Shown: positions 54,895 through 64,000 of the stretch, piece by piece
Numbering within the stretch: the stretch's first letter is position 1
Layout: every line of letters begins with the position of its first letter
Virus record (IMG/VR): IMGVR_UViG_3300017917_001271
Coordinates: 27,902-91,901 of that record
Length of the DNA stretch: 64,000 nucleotides
Strand: one strand, 5' to 3'
DNA from: a virus
Program-made: the position numbers and the translations under genes
Notes under the pieces: model-generated
Seen by the model: the letters and a program-made list of their open reading frames with translations, nothing else
Database searches by the model: none
What the model was told of the DNA's origin: nothing

Positions 54895-55515
54895 TTAGGC
54901 TTTAGCTATGCGCTCAATCTTGTTTATTGAGCCGCCTAAGTGCATTTTTGCCAGCAGGAGATTGTTTTCGCCCGTGATATAGAAGTAGCTACCGCCCCAA
55001 CTGCGATCTCTCATCAGTTCTTTTTTACAGCTCTTTGTCAGCTTGACTTTAGAGTTATTTTCAGCCCAACTGACAAAAGCCGATTGTTGAGTATCTGATT
55101 TACCAAGAGTTACTTTAAAATCGTAGTTAATTTTGGGTAAAATAATAACACCTTCAACAAGGGTAGTATTTGTTGGAGGAACACTAACATATTTTACTTT
55201 GGTTTTATCTAACTTTATAAGAGCATCAACGGCTGATTTTTCATTAGTATAAATGCTAATCCACGGAGTTTCAACCCGAACATTTATATCGCTGATTTTT
55301 TTAAGTTGTGCCTGTAACTTAAATGCGTAATCTAGATCTTCTTGTGTTTTGATACTGGTACGTGAACTTCTAGAATCATTCAAGGTTACTTTTTTTAAAT
55401 TTTCTAGAGTTCCAGTCCAGTCTCCACCCCTAAACCAGTTGGCACCAGCACAAACTAACACTAGTTTGTACTGGTACTTTCCGTTATAAAGATGTCTAGT
55501 TATTTTCGTTTGCAT
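54895..55515 (-). CDS. Hypothetical protein
   Basis: 206-aa basic ORF overlapping the end of clpA. Confidence 0.6.
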   Translation of the reverse strand: MQTKITRHLYNGKYQYKLVLVCAGANWFRGGDWTGTLENLKKVTLNDSRSSRTSIKTQEDLDYAFKLQAQLKKISDINVRVETPWISIYTNEKSAVDALIKLDKTKVKYVSVPPTNTTLVEGVIILPKINYDFKVTLGKSDTQQSAFVSWAENNSKVKLTKSCKKELMRDRSWGGSYFYITGENNLLLAKMHLGGSINKIERIAKA

Positions 55516-57781
55516 TATCTAACGCTTCGTTGAGACTGTCAATGGACAACAACGGGACCTTAGGAACTTTAGGTTTAGCTGTTAAGATGATCTTAGAGTC
55601 ATCTGCACTGATATTCAACCATCCGCCATTTTTCAAATCACCAAACAACATCATCTTAGCAAGGTCACGTTTGATTTCCTTGTCAATAACACGTTGTAAT
55701 GGACGAGCACCCATTTTACTATCAAATCCTTTTTCTATTAAGAAGTCGATAGCAGCTTTATCAGCTTTAATTCGAATGCCTTTTTCCTTAACTTGTTCTT
55801 TAAGTTCGTCAATAAATTTGTTAACGACCTTGACCATCGTTTCTTTACCCAACTTATTAAATGTAATGATTCCGTCTAAACGATTACGGAACTCTGGTGT
55901 AAAGAATTTATTAAGTTCTTTATCGCTGTATTCTTTTTGCTGTGCTCCGAAACCAATGGCGTTCTTTTCAGCTTCTTGTGCGCCAGCATTTGTTGTTAAA
56001 ATAAGGATAAGCTGACGGCAGTCTGCTTTCTTACCGTTACTACCAGTAATAAATCCGTTATCCATCATTTGTAACAGTACAGTTGATACATCGGGATGCG
56101 ATTTTTCAACTTCGTCAAACAATAGAACAGCATTAGGACTTTCCTGAATACTAGTAATAAGTTGACCAGCATTTTCTTCGAACCCAACATAGCCAGGAGG
56201 GCTACCAATCAACTTACTGATGCTGTGCTTTTCTTGATATTCACTCATATCAAAACGCAACAATTTAACACCAAGATTTTTAGCCAGTGCCTTTGCTGTT
56301 TCTGTTTTACCACATCCAGTTGGCCCCATGAACACAAAGCTACCAATAGGTTTGTTTTCATTTTTTAGACCTGCTTGTGCAACAACAATTCTGTCCACAA
56401 TTTCTTGTACAGCAAGATCTTGACCGTAGACTTCTTGTTGTAGTTTATCCTGCAAAGTTGCTAGATTATGACTTTCAGTTTCACTAACAACTTCTTCTGG
56501 GATCTGTACCACCCTGCTTAGTTCGTGTTCAATTTCTTTCTCAGATACAATACGGTCCTCGGCAAGCTTCAAATTAAAACGACTGCAAGCCAAATCAATC
56601 AAGTCAATGGCCTTGTCTGGTAGTTTTTTGTCTGTTTGGAACTTGACGGACAACTTAATTGCCGCTTGTAGCGCATCATCCTTGATCTTAACATTATGGA
56701 ATTGTTCATAATATTTTTTAAGACCTTTAAGGATCTGTAGCGTTACTTCTTGTGTAGGTTCGTCAACAGTAATACGTTGGAATCGGCGCATTAATGCACG
56801 ATCCTTCTCAAAGTGTTTACGATATTCTTCCCACGTGGTACTAGCAACAACCTTGATGTTACCTTTGCTCAGTGCAGGCTTCATCATATTAGCTAAATCA
56901 TTGGCGCCGTTGCTGGCAGAACCTGCACCGTTTATCATATGTGCTTCGTCAATAAACAGAATAGTTTTGCCTTTCTTTGCAAGTCCTTTAAGAACAGCCT
57001 TAAACCGTTCTTCGAAGTCTCCGCGATATTTACTACCTGCCAGCATACTGCTAATATCTAAATTATATACGGTGTAATCCTTGAGGAAATCAGGTACAGC
57101 ACCCTTGACAATGTTATAGGCCAGTCCTTCTGCTATAGCAGTCTTACCTACTCCTGGATCTCCTACAAGTATTACGTTATTTTTGTTTCTTCGACCCATA
57201 GCAAGAGCAATATTCTCTAGCTCGTCTACACGACCAATAACAGGATCAATTTTATTTTTCTTAACTTGATCATTTAAGTTAGTGGTAAAGGCATTGAGTG
57301 CTTTATTAGCCATGCCTTCTCTTGGGTCTTCTTCTTCTTCACTCTCTTCTACTGCGCTGTTTAGATAATCTGCAAACTTGTCCTTATCGATGCCCGATTG
57401 CTGAATAAAGTAATAGGCCCAGCTACGCTTTTCTCCCATCATAGCAAGGAATACATCAGCAGGTTCGATACGCTGTCTGCCATTAAACAGTACTTGTGTG
57501 AACGCACGATTTAGGATGCGTTCAACACTTTGGGTCTTTTTAGGTTTTACTACAACATCCTGCACAGTGATTTCTTGGCACTTTGATTGTAGATAATTGA
57601 CAATATTCTTTTTAAAATCGTCTATGTTAGTACCATAGCCCTGTAGTGTTTTGCTAAACCCTTCTTCCATAAGAATAGCAAACAACAGATGTTCAATTGT
57701 CAGATATTCGTGGTGTAGCTTTTTAGCAGTTTCAATAGCTTTTTCAAAAACTGCTTGTAGGTTATCACTTGGTTCTACCAT
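55496..57781 (-). CDS. clpA: ATP-dependent Clp protease ATP-binding subunit ClpA
   Basis: Clp-N (HEYLTIEHLL), GDPGVGKT, FIDEAH, LPDKAIDLID, GPTGCGKT, RFDMSEY, FDEVEK, an IGF loop and GARPLQR. No ClpB middle domain. Confidence 0.92.
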   Translation of the reverse strand: MVEPSDNLQAVFEKAIETAKKLHHEYLTIEHLLFAILMEEGFSKTLQGYGTNIDDFKKNIVNYLQSKCQEITVQDVVVKPKKTQSVERILNRAFTQVLFNGRQRIEPADVFLAMMGEKRSWAYYFIQQSGIDKDKFADYLNSAVEESEEEEDPREGMANKALNAFTTNLNDQVKKNKIDPVIGRVDELENIALAMGRRNKNNVILVGDPGVGKTAIAEGLAYNIVKGAVPDFLKDYTVYNLDISSMLAGSKYRGDFEERFKAVLKGLAKKGKTILFIDEAHMINGAGSASNGANDLANMMKPALSKGNIKVVASTTWEEYRKHFEKDRALMRRFQRITVDEPTQEVTLQILKGLKKYYEQFHNVKIKDDALQAAIKLSVKFQTDKKLPDKAIDLIDLACSRFNLKLAEDRIVSEKEIEHELSRVVQIPEEVVSETESHNLATLQDKLQQEVYGQDLAVQEIVDRIVVAQAGLKNENKPIGSFVFMGPTGCGKTETAKALAKNLGVKLLRFDMSEYQEKHSISKLIGSPPGYVGFEENAGQLITSIQESPNAVLLFDEVEKSHPDVSTVLLQMMDNGFITGSNGKKADCRQLILILTTNAGAQEAEKNAIGFGAQQKEYSDKELNKFFTPEFRNRLDGIITFNKLGKETMVKVVNKFIDELKEQVKEKGIRIKADKAAIDFLIEKGFDSKMGARPLQRVIDKEIKRDLAKMMLFGDLKNGGWLNISADDSKIILTAKPKVPKVPLLSIDSLNEALDNANENN

Positions 57782-58267
57782 TTATTTTTTCCTTTGGTTC
57801 TTTCTAGCTAATATCAGACTCATTGAACTTACTTTACTTGTAAAGGTAATTCCGTTTAAATGATCTAACTCATGTAAAAAACATCTAGCATCGATGCCAG
57901 TTAATGTCATTTTACATTCTTCTCCCTTTTTGTCAAGGTATTCGACATCTATTTTAGTTGGACGTTTAACCTTTAACCAAAGATTTGGAAAACTTAAACA
58001 TCCTTCTTCTGAGTTATGTTCTTGATCGCCATGACTGATGACTTTGGGATTGAACATTGCCAGGGTTTCTTTGGTACTGTTGAGCGAAATAACAAATACT
58101 CGCTTTAGTAAGCCCACTTGATTACCTGCTAGTCCACGCCCGTTGAATGACTTCATAATAGAAATCATATCTTGTTCAACTTGCTCGGCGTCTGTATCTT
58201 TTTCAAAATCCCAATCAACTGCTACTTGTTTTAGGATTGGATCAGGATCTAATACTAATTTCATCAT
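57782..58267 (-). CDS. def: Peptide deformylase
   Basis: [25 protein letters not shown]. Confidence 0.95.
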   Translation of the reverse strand: MMKLVLDPDPILKQVAVDWDFEKDTDAEQVEQDMISIMKSFNGRGLAGNQVGLLKRVFVISLNSTKETLAMFNPKVISHGDQEHNSEEGCLSFPNLWLKVKRPTKIDVEYLDKKGEECKMTLTGIDARCFLHELDHLNGITFTSKVSSMSLILARKNQRKK

Positions 58268-59105
58268 TAATTTCTTTTAACCTGCGAACAATATCTGGAT
58301 CAGTTATGTTAGGAGTTCTTATGTTGACAGCAATGACAAATCTGCCACGCTGACCAGTCCTTGGATCTGAAAAACCAAAGTTTTGACTGGCATATTCCAC
58401 ACCAGTTTCGACTCCTGGTCGGATGTCAATTTCTTTTTCTTCGCCGGTAATATATTTTACACGTTTTCTGCAACCTATCATAGCCTCAATTGGACTGATG
58501 TTTACAGTAGTATATAAGTCATCGCCTTGTCTTCTAAAATTAGGATCAGGAAGTACTATTACAGTTACATTTAAACTTCCTCTAGGCATACCAGGAATGC
58601 TGTCATCACCTAGTCCTTGATATCTAATTGTTTCGCCGTGGTTGATACCTGCTGGTACATTTATTACAACTGTTTGAGGCTTTCCGCTAGGCAGTTGATA
58701 ATTTGCTTCTAATTGCTTACCTAAAAAAGAATCCAGGAGAGTAATTTGGCATTGTATATTTAGATCTCTGTTCCTTCTTCCACCTCTGCCAAACACATCA
58801 AAGAACGGATTAGATCTATGCCCAAACGGGTCAAAGGACCCACCAAATAAATCATTTAGGTCTTGGAAATCTCCGGATGTAAAACGAACATGTGGTCCTC
58901 CACCTTGTCTTTGTAAATCATATTCGGCACGTTTCTTACCATCGCTCAAGGTATCGTAAGCGACACTGATGTCCTTAAATTTGGCCTGATCTCCGCCCTT
59001 ATCAGGATGATGTTGATTTGCCAACTTTCTGTAGGCTTTTTTGATTTCGTCTGGTCCAGCTTCTGGGCTGACACCTAATATTGAATAGTAATCTTGCATA
59101 GTCAT
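58242..59105 (-). CDS. dnaJ: DnaJ/CbpA-type chaperone (no Zn finger)
   Basis: J domain ([15 protein letters not shown]), G/F linker and DnaJ C-terminal domain. Confidence 0.9.
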   Translation of the reverse strand: MTMQDYYSILGVSPEAGPDEIKKAYRKLANQHHPDKGGDQAKFKDISVAYDTLSDGKKRAEYDLQRQGGGPHVRFTSGDFQDLNDLFGGSFDPFGHRSNPFFDVFGRGGRRNRDLNIQCQITLLDSFLGKQLEANYQLPSGKPQTVVINVPAGINHGETIRYQGLGDDSIPGMPRGSLNVTVIVLPDPNFRRQGDDLYTTVNISPIEAMIGCRKRVKYITGEEKEIDIRPGVETGVEYASQNFGFSDPRTGQRGRFVIAVNIRTPNITDPDIVRRLKEINDEISIRS

Positions 59106-59153
59106 AAAAACAGGTCAAGTAAAAGTGATAGTACACTATTTACATTGACCTGT
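59104..59153 (-). terminator. Long imperfect hairpin plus U-tract directly before dnaJ, containing a late-promoter core
   Basis: The minus strand reads ACAGGTCAA-t-GTAAA-t-AGTG...CACT-TTTAC-TTGACCTGT-TTTT-ATG. TGTAAATA lies at 59137-59144. Confidence 0.55.
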
Positions 59154-59169
59154 CAAGCCAATTGAAATT

Positions 59170-59385
59170 TTATTTCTTTTTAGCTGATTCTGGTACTTTT
59201 TCGCCTTCTACTTTTTTGTGTACTTTAATTTTTTTGCATTCTTGGACTGCTTTTCCGTCCTTGCCTTTGACAACTTTGCCTGCTTTGTCTAACTTGTCCT
59301 TACAGACTTCTTTGATTTCTCCACCTGCAAATACTGGGTTAGAAAGAGTTAATGCTAACCCTGCTACAAAAATAATTTTTTTCAT
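59170..59385 (-). CDS. Small secreted, Lys-rich protein
   Basis: Signal peptide MKKIIFVAGLALTLSNPVFA, two Cys, AAGGA SD. Confidence 0.65.
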   Translation of the reverse strand: MKKIIFVAGLALTLSNPVFAGGEIKEVCKDKLDKAGKVVKGKDGKAVQECKKIKVHKKVEGEKVPESAKKK

Positions 59386-59395
59386 AATTTTTCCT

Positions 59396-59938
59396 TTATA
59401 AAACAGGATCGTCTGTTGGGACAATCTTTTTACCGGTAGCTGTTGTTGCTATCGGTGCTGCACTACTGAAGCCGCCACCAAAACTTGCTGGTGCTGGACT
59501 AGGTGCGCTTCCAACGCCGCTTGAGCTAAAGCCTCCTGTGGCGCCTGTTGCTCCGAAACTTGTCGCAGCTGGTGCCTGGAAACTGCTTGGTGCTGCTGGA
59601 GGTACGCTAAAGCCTGTTGTTGGTGTTGTTGCTGCTCCGCCATTGTTAGCTCCTGCTAATTTTTCTTGTGTGCGACCTAAAGCCGCAATACCTAAAACTG
59701 CTCCCATTGCAATATGGAACAATCCTGCACCTTGAAGTGTTAACGGTTGCCATTGTGTAATCTGTGACACATGCATGACTGCTTGTAACATACTCCACAT
59801 AATTGGAAATAGTACAAAGTCAAATGCACATACTCCCATGTACAGCCATCCCATCATCGGACGCCATTTACTATTCATCCAATCTTCTTTTTTCTTTTCA
59901 GCATCGCTCATTTTTGCGTATTCATCTGCTGTTGTCAT
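59396..59938 (-). CDS. Holin (GTA 3TM-holin-like) with low-complexity tail
   Basis: WMNSKWRPMMGWLY, hydrophobic segments and GRTQEK; lies in the lysis cassette. Confidence 0.7.
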   Translation of the reverse strand: MTTADEYAKMSDAEKKKEDWMNSKWRPMMGWLYMGVCAFDFVLFPIMWSMLQAVMHVSQITQWQPLTLQGAGLFHIAMGAVLGIAALGRTQEKLAGANNGGAATTPTTGFSVPPAAPSSFQAPAATSFGATGATGGFSSSGVGSAPSPAPASFGGGFSSAAPIATTATGKKIVPTDDPVL

Positions 59939-59951
59939 TTAACTACTCCTA

Positions 59952-60515
59952 TTATAAAAATAGAAACACACCTTGGGCACTTAAAAACAGCCCAACGCCT
60001 GCTACTACAAAACTACTCCAAAACATTGGCATACTTACAGCAAGGATACTTGCTGAAAGAACAACAATAGCCAGTTGATACGCTGTACTGGCATAACCAA
60101 TCCAAGGACTAGACTTCTTTGCTACTTCTCTTTCGTGTTCCATCTTACGTGCATTAACGGCAATTTCTTTCTTGTCCGCATCCATACGTTCTGCTTCTGC
60201 TTTAAATTCTGCACGTAATTTAGGATCGCTAGTTGTTTTGCTGGCAATCTCATAACTTACCAAGCGGTTGTTCTTTGCTTGATACTGTGCCCAAGCGTTA
60301 TTGGCACCTAAGGTGTTGTTAAGGACTGTACTACTTAACTTACCACCGTACCAACTATTAACTGCTAAAAACAAGGCAAACACGCTGATGACCATACCTG
60401 CTTTGTCTTTGATTTTTGCTTCTCTTTCACTACGGCTTCCAGGTGCAGGTTTTGGTGCATCTGTATCCTTAGGGTCTTTATTGATTAATTTTAGAATTGA
60501 ATCGTGTAATGCCAT
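59952..60515 (-). CDS. Membrane protein (DUF4337-like)
   Basis: N-terminal TM, WAQYQAK, coiled coil, QLAIVVLSAS and C-terminal TMs. Confidence 0.6.
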   Translation of the reverse strand: MALHDSILKLINKDPKDTDAPKPAPGSRSEREAKIKDKAGMVISVFALFLAVNSWYGGKLSSTVLNNTLGANNAWAQYQAKNNRLVSYEIASKTTSDPKLRAEFKAEAERMDADKKEIAVNARKMEHEREVAKKSSPWIGYASTAYQLAIVVLSASILAVSMPMFWSSFVVAGVGLFLSAQGVFLFL

Positions 60516-60534
60516 TTGCGCTCCTTTCGACTAT

Positions 60535-60801
60535 TTACTTTACGCTATCAAAATTTTGTTTTTGGGTTTCGTACCATTCTTTCCACAGTTCGCCTTTGAA
60601 CTGGCATTCGTGATACTGACTGTAGTTTTCAGTAACAACTCTTAGTACATCACTGAGTTTAGTTGTTCCTTCTGGAACGTCTTTTAAATTAGGACACAGT
60701 TCTGTTAGTTCTTTAGGAACTTCTGGAAAATTTCGTTTAACAGGAGTAGACAAACATCCTGTTAATAGTAGTGTAGTTGCTAGAATTAGGACTAGTTTCA
60801 T
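60535..60801 (-). CDS. Outer-membrane spanin (Rz1-like lipoprotein)
   Basis: Lipobox LLTGC, then FPEVPKELTELCPNL and NYSQYHEC. Confidence 0.8.
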   Translation of the reverse strand: MKLVLILATTLLLTGCLSTPVKRNFPEVPKELTELCPNLKDVPEGTTKLSDVLRVVTENYSQYHECQFKGELWKEWYETQKQNFDSVK

Positions 60802-61268
60802 TTTTGCCCTCTCTCAGGTTTTTTAGCTGCTTCATTTAAGATGTTAACAGCTTCTGGTGCTACTTCGCACTTAGCATCTACAAGTTTTTCAACTTCTTTA
60901 ATCTTTTCCTGTACAACAATCTGCGTATCTTTAATTACTTGTACCCTATCTTTGTATTTTACTACAATTTTTTCGTTAACTTCTTTAGACTTTTCTTCTG
61001 CTGCTTTTATTTTATCTTCTAGTTCTGCTACACGTTGACGCCATTCTGATTCTGTATCATATCCGCCTTTGAAATAGATACCAGCTACTAAAAGAATAGC
61101 ACTGACAATTTGTACTAGTAAATGATATGGTGCTAGAGCAGGAAACCATCTGACTATTCTATGTAGTAGAAAGAAGCTCAAAAAAGAACTTATCGCACCG
61201 ACAATTAAAATTGTATGTACTACATACAAAAGTAAACTATCGGGGATCCATGCTAATAGCCAAAACAT
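60798..61268 (-). CDS. Inner-membrane spanin (Rz-like)
   Basis: N-terminal TMs, coiled coil and C-terminal Cys; lies between the endolysin and the o-spanin. Confidence 0.75.
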   Translation of the reverse strand: MFWLLAWIPDSLLLYVVHTILIVGAISSFLSFFLLHRIVRWFPALAPYHLLVQIVSAILLVAGIYFKGGYDTESEWRQRVAELEDKIKAAEEKSKEVNEKIVVKYKDRVQVIKDTQIVVQEKIKEVEKLVDAKCEVAPEAVNILNEAAKKPERGQK

Positions 61269-61269
61269 T

Positions 61270-61902
61270 TTAGTGTCCTAGCACATGGATTGCATGGTTG
61301 TAGTGCTTAATACGATCTTCTAATCCAATAGTGCCACCGTTAATACGCTTGGTCAATGTTAACATGTCACCTTTGTCTGCCCATTGGTTTAAATTATTAG
61401 CTTCCCAGAACCATGCTGCACTTTGTACGCACCCTTCAAATGTTGTTAGATGCTCACTAGCTTCGTCTAAACTAATTTCTAAACTTTCTGCATAACGTTC
61501 GTAATTACTCTTGCCAGTGAGTTGAATTAACCCACGACCGCAGAACTTCCATCCGTCGCCTGATGCTTCGTCACCGTTGCCCATACGATTTGCATAAGCA
61601 CGATTGGCAATTTTTTCTTGATTGTGTGCATATTGTTTAGCAACATCTAATGTAGGAAAATATCTTGGCCAAACACGCATTAAACTTTCTGCTTTGTAAT
61701 TTAAGTTTTCCTTAATTGCTCTGTAGCCGCCCGACTCGTGTGCTGTTTGTGCTAAAAATGCTGCTACACGGGGTACTGTATGAATATCATAATCGGGCAA
61801 AATTTGGCATAATGCTTCGTACCAATGTTCTGCATGTGGAGGATTCCCGCCAACACATTCTTTAAATTTTGCTAATGTAAAATCAAACTCAAATCCGCTC
61901 AT
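61270..61902 (-). CDS. Endolysin, glycoside hydrolase family 19
   Basis: AAFLAQTAHESGG, ENLNY, GRGLIQLTGKSNY, SAAWFW, TKRINGG. Confidence 0.92.
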   Translation of the reverse strand: MSGFEFDFTLAKFKECVGGNPPHAEHWYEALCQILPDYDIHTVPRVAAFLAQTAHESGGYRAIKENLNYKAESLMRVWPRYFPTLDVAKQYAHNQEKIANRAYANRMGNGDEASGDGWKFCGRGLIQLTGKSNYERYAESLEISLDEASEHLTTFEGCVQSAAWFWEANNLNQWADKGDMLTLTKRINGGTIGLEDRIKHYNHAIHVLGH

Positions 61903-62633
61903 TATTCTTTCCTTTCAAGTGCAACGGCCCAACCGTTGTTTTCAAACACAAAAGCATTGCCTACTTTTGTAATGTTATAGTTTCCGATGTATTTTGTTAA
62001 AAACATTACTTCCGCCATACTTTTGCTTTCTAGCAAGAATGGGCCGTCAAGTTCTCCAAAAACTTCTTTAGTACTACCACTAGTTATAATTTTGAATGTA
62101 ATTTTATCACCGTAGATACGTTTAAAACTTATTGACTCGTCTAACATTTGAATCTCGTCTGCATAGCTACGACTAAAAAATTCTTGAAAATTATCAACTT
62201 TATTTCGTTCTGTTGCTATCTCATAACTATCTTTGTCTAATGGAATAGCCGCAGATAAGTTTTCCTCTGTAGCATCTTGACTCTTAAAATTTTTAAAATA
62301 TCTAAATTTAAAATTATTGATGCCTGAGATTTTTTCTACACCGTCAAGAATTTCTCTAATTTGCTCTGGTGCATGTCTTGTGCGCTCTAGTTCAACGTAA
62401 ACTCTGTAGGTGCCGTCATCTAATTCGCCAGGGCTAACATCTGCATCTAATACAAAGTCGTAACCCATTTCAATAAAATTTTCTAAATCTTTTGCCGGAT
62501 CTTCGTGATCTACTGTAAAAGACATGGTTACAATGTCTTCGTCGTCGCCAATTTTACTTTTGAATGCGTCTATCTCAATAATTTTTTTAATAAAACCTCT
62601 GAGATCTGATGCTCTAAGACTTTCATTCATCAT
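61902..62633 (-). CDS. Hypothetical protein
   Basis: 243-aa acidic ORF, TAATG-coupled. Confidence 0.65.
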   Translation of the reverse strand: MMNESLRASDLRGFIKKIIEIDAFKSKIGDDEDIVTMSFTVDHEDPAKDLENFIEMGYDFVLDADVSPGELDDGTYRVYVELERTRHAPEQIREILDGVEKISGINNFKFRYFKNFKSQDATEENLSAAIPLDKDSYEIATERNKVDNFQEFFSRSYADEIQMLDESISFKRIYGDKITFKIITSGSTKEVFGELDGPFLLESKSMAEVMFLTKYIGNYNITKVGNAFVFENNGWAVALERKE

Positions 62634-63235
62634 TATACTGGTGCTCCTGGCATTGCTGGTGCTGCTCCCGCTGTTGGTGCTGCTGGTGCTGCTCCAACTG
62701 GAGGCATTCCGCCCGGAGGCATTCCACCACCTGGAGGCATAGCTCCTGGAGGCATAGCAGGTTTTTTCTCTTCTGACTTATCAGGCTGAGACTCTGCTTT
62801 CATTTTATCCATGTAACCTCGATACATGTCAAACGCAATCTTTTTTGGCATTTGTATTTCTACAATCCAAATTGGTTTACGATCTAATTTGCCTTTTTTA
62901 GTTCCAGGACGAATGTCTTCTGGAGTGCGTATTTTTCTAGGTTCGATCAAGTGACTTTTTTGATACTTGATTTTGCAACCTAAATCTTGTAAACGCTTTG
63001 CAGCTACAGGGTTTGGCATTCTATCTTTGGGCCACATAAACCCTGCTGTGATCCAATGACGATCAACTTGTGGTCCGTAGGCTAATTCGCCATCTTCCCA
63101 GTTTTCGTAGGCATATATGTCCATCTCATCTAGAACACGCTCAAGATCCTTCATTATTGCAAGGCTTGTGTTGTTTTCGTATAAGTCGTCAATATTACGT
63201 ATAATGTCTAAAATATCGTACATGTTAGGTTCCAC
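62633..63235 (-). CDS. Hypothetical protein with Pro/Gly/Ala-rich tail
   Basis: Late promoter GCTAAATA at 63249-63256; tail of (MPPGG)n repeats. Confidence 0.65.
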   Translation of the reverse strand: MEPNMYDILDIIRNIDDLYENNTSLAIMKDLERVLDEMDIYAYENWEDGELAYGPQVDRHWITAGFMWPKDRMPNPVAAKRLQDLGCKIKYQKSHLIEPRKIRTPEDIRPGTKKGKLDRKPIWIVEIQMPKKIAFDMYRGYMDKMKAESQPDKSEEKKPAMPPGAMPPGGGMPPGGMPPVGAAPAAPTAGAAPAMPGAPV

Positions 63236-63248
63236 AGTTTTCTATACT

Positions 63249-63307
63249 TATTTAGCTGGTTTAAAACGATAACATATCAGTTTACTTTTTGTAGAAATCA
63301 GTAAATA
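63249..63307. promoter_or_regulatory. Back-to-back late promoters at the strand switch
   Basis: GCTAAATA on the minus strand (63249-63256) and AGTAAATA on the plus strand (63300-63307). Confidence 0.55.
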
Positions 63308-63380
63308 GTTGTGTAGGACCTCTGTAGTTATCAGGGCGGTCGCTACAAGTCCTGCTTTTACGAGTAGGAGAACAACTTAG

Positions 63381-64000
63381 ATGAGCAAAAGAGTGAAGAA
63401 ACGCTTTACATCAGAAGTTAAAGTAATTGATTTTGAACCATACCTTCCGCACAAGAAGCAGCGTGTAGTGATCACTGCACGAAACCCTAATCAGAAATTA
63501 TACCTAAGCAAACTGCACGATGAGCAAAACAGTATTGTTATCGCCATTGGCCCAGCCGGCACGGGTAAAACTTTGTTAGCCGTACAAAACGGAATCAAAC
63601 TGTTTCAAGACGGTGTTGTGGACAAAATTGTAGTTACAAGACCCGCCGTTAGTGTAGACGAAGATCTAGGATTTTTACCAGGCGACTTAAATGAAAAGAT
63701 GGCGCCGTGGACGAGACCTATATTTGACGTCTTTGCAGAATATTATAAACAAGCAGACATTAAAAAAATGTTGGAGGAAGGAGTTATCGAAATAAGCCCA
63801 TTAGCATACATGCGTGGCCGCACATTCAAGAATGCCTATATTATTGCAGACGAATGTCAGAATACCACAATAAATCAAATGAAGATGCTACTAACACGCT
63901 TGGGAGAAGGATCCAAGATGGTAGTCACAGGAGATTTAGCCCAGGCAGACAGACTAAGCGATAACGGATTAATAGATTTTTGTAACCTGCTCGCAAAAAA
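63381..64000 (+). CDS. phoH: PhoH-family ATPase, 3'-partial (not in the ORF track)
   Basis: Translated by hand: AIGPAGTGKT, VTRPAV, LGFLPGD, PLAYMRGRTF, IIADECQN, LTRLGEGSKMVVTGDLAQAD. AGGAG SD. Confidence 0.95.
   Translation, partial: MSKRVKKRFTSEVKVIDFEPYLPHKKQRVVITARNPNQKLYLSKLHDEQNSIVIAIGPAGTGKTLLAVQNGIKLFQDGVVDKIVVTRPAVSVDEDLGFLPGDLNEKMAPWTRPIFDVFAEYYKQADIKKMLEEGVIEISPLAYMRGRTFKNAYIIADECQNTTINQMKMLLTRLGEGSKMVVTGDLAQADRLSDNGLIDFCNLLAK

Noticed and set aside
59106-59160. CIRCE heat-shock operator before dnaJ
   Set aside because: The inverted repeat does not match TTAGCACTC-N9-GAGTGCTAA.
60532-60539. TAAATA before the DUF4337-like gene as a firm late promoter
   Set aside because: It coincides with the TAA stop of the upstream gene in AT-rich DNA, so it may be chance. 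The same caveat applies to 50985-50992.
2044-62742. Many 60-160 aa ORFs antisense to or nested in long genes (e.g. 4768..5085, 7567..7956, 49903..50277, 55530..56015)
   Set aside because: They are shadow ORFs of well-supported genes, with no SD or recognisable motifs.
62637-62760. GC-rich short repeats as a mobile or regulatory element
   Set aside because: They are fully explained by the MPPGG/AAP low-complexity protein tail.
1-64000. tRNA, rRNA or CRISPR arrays
   Set aside because: Intergenic gaps are short, and I saw no cloverleaf/T-loop signatures or repeat-spacer periodicity. tRNAscan was not run.
1-64000. Stop-codon reassignment, as in some jumbo phages
   Set aside because: Conserved genes are full length in the standard code and coding density is already near complete.

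Overview
This is a 64 kb, AT-rich, densely coding segment of a large T4-like (jumbo-type) myophage genome. The host is Gram-negative, given the two-component spanins. Bases 1-20907 (+ strand) carry a giant baseplate-type protein that starts upstream of the window, fibre and baseplate proteins, and four GT-A glycosyltransferases. Bases 20855-63235 (- strand) carry thyX, a vWA-metallopeptidase/MoxR pair, T4-type RNase H and a 7-deazaguanine modification region. That region holds queE, folE, a DpdL-like T-fold protein, a DpdA/TGT-like transglycosylase, a GT-B glycosyltransferase, two NAD(P) oxidoreductases, a purine PRTase, a MazG-like enzyme and a 2OG-Fe(II)-type oxygenase. Further along the - strand are a probable clamp, UDP-sugar dehydrogenase and family-B DNA polymerase, then a block of probable head-packaged, Glu-cleaved proteins (including Dps, a HIGH nucleotidyltransferase and a KxDG ligase-like protein), clpA-def-dnaJ and a lysis cassette. 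A divergent phoH runs off the right end. Consensus sigma70 promoters, T4-like TAAATA late promoters and several hairpins are visible. The three best leads are (1) a 7-deazaguanine pathway without QueC, coupled to sugar enzymes, predicting an undescribed, possibly glycosylated G modification; (2) a capsid-packaged, protease-processed cargo block containing a ligase-like plus nucleotidyltransferase pair; and (3) a virion-glycosylation module behind the tail fibres. All functional calls come from motifs read by eye; no database searches were run.
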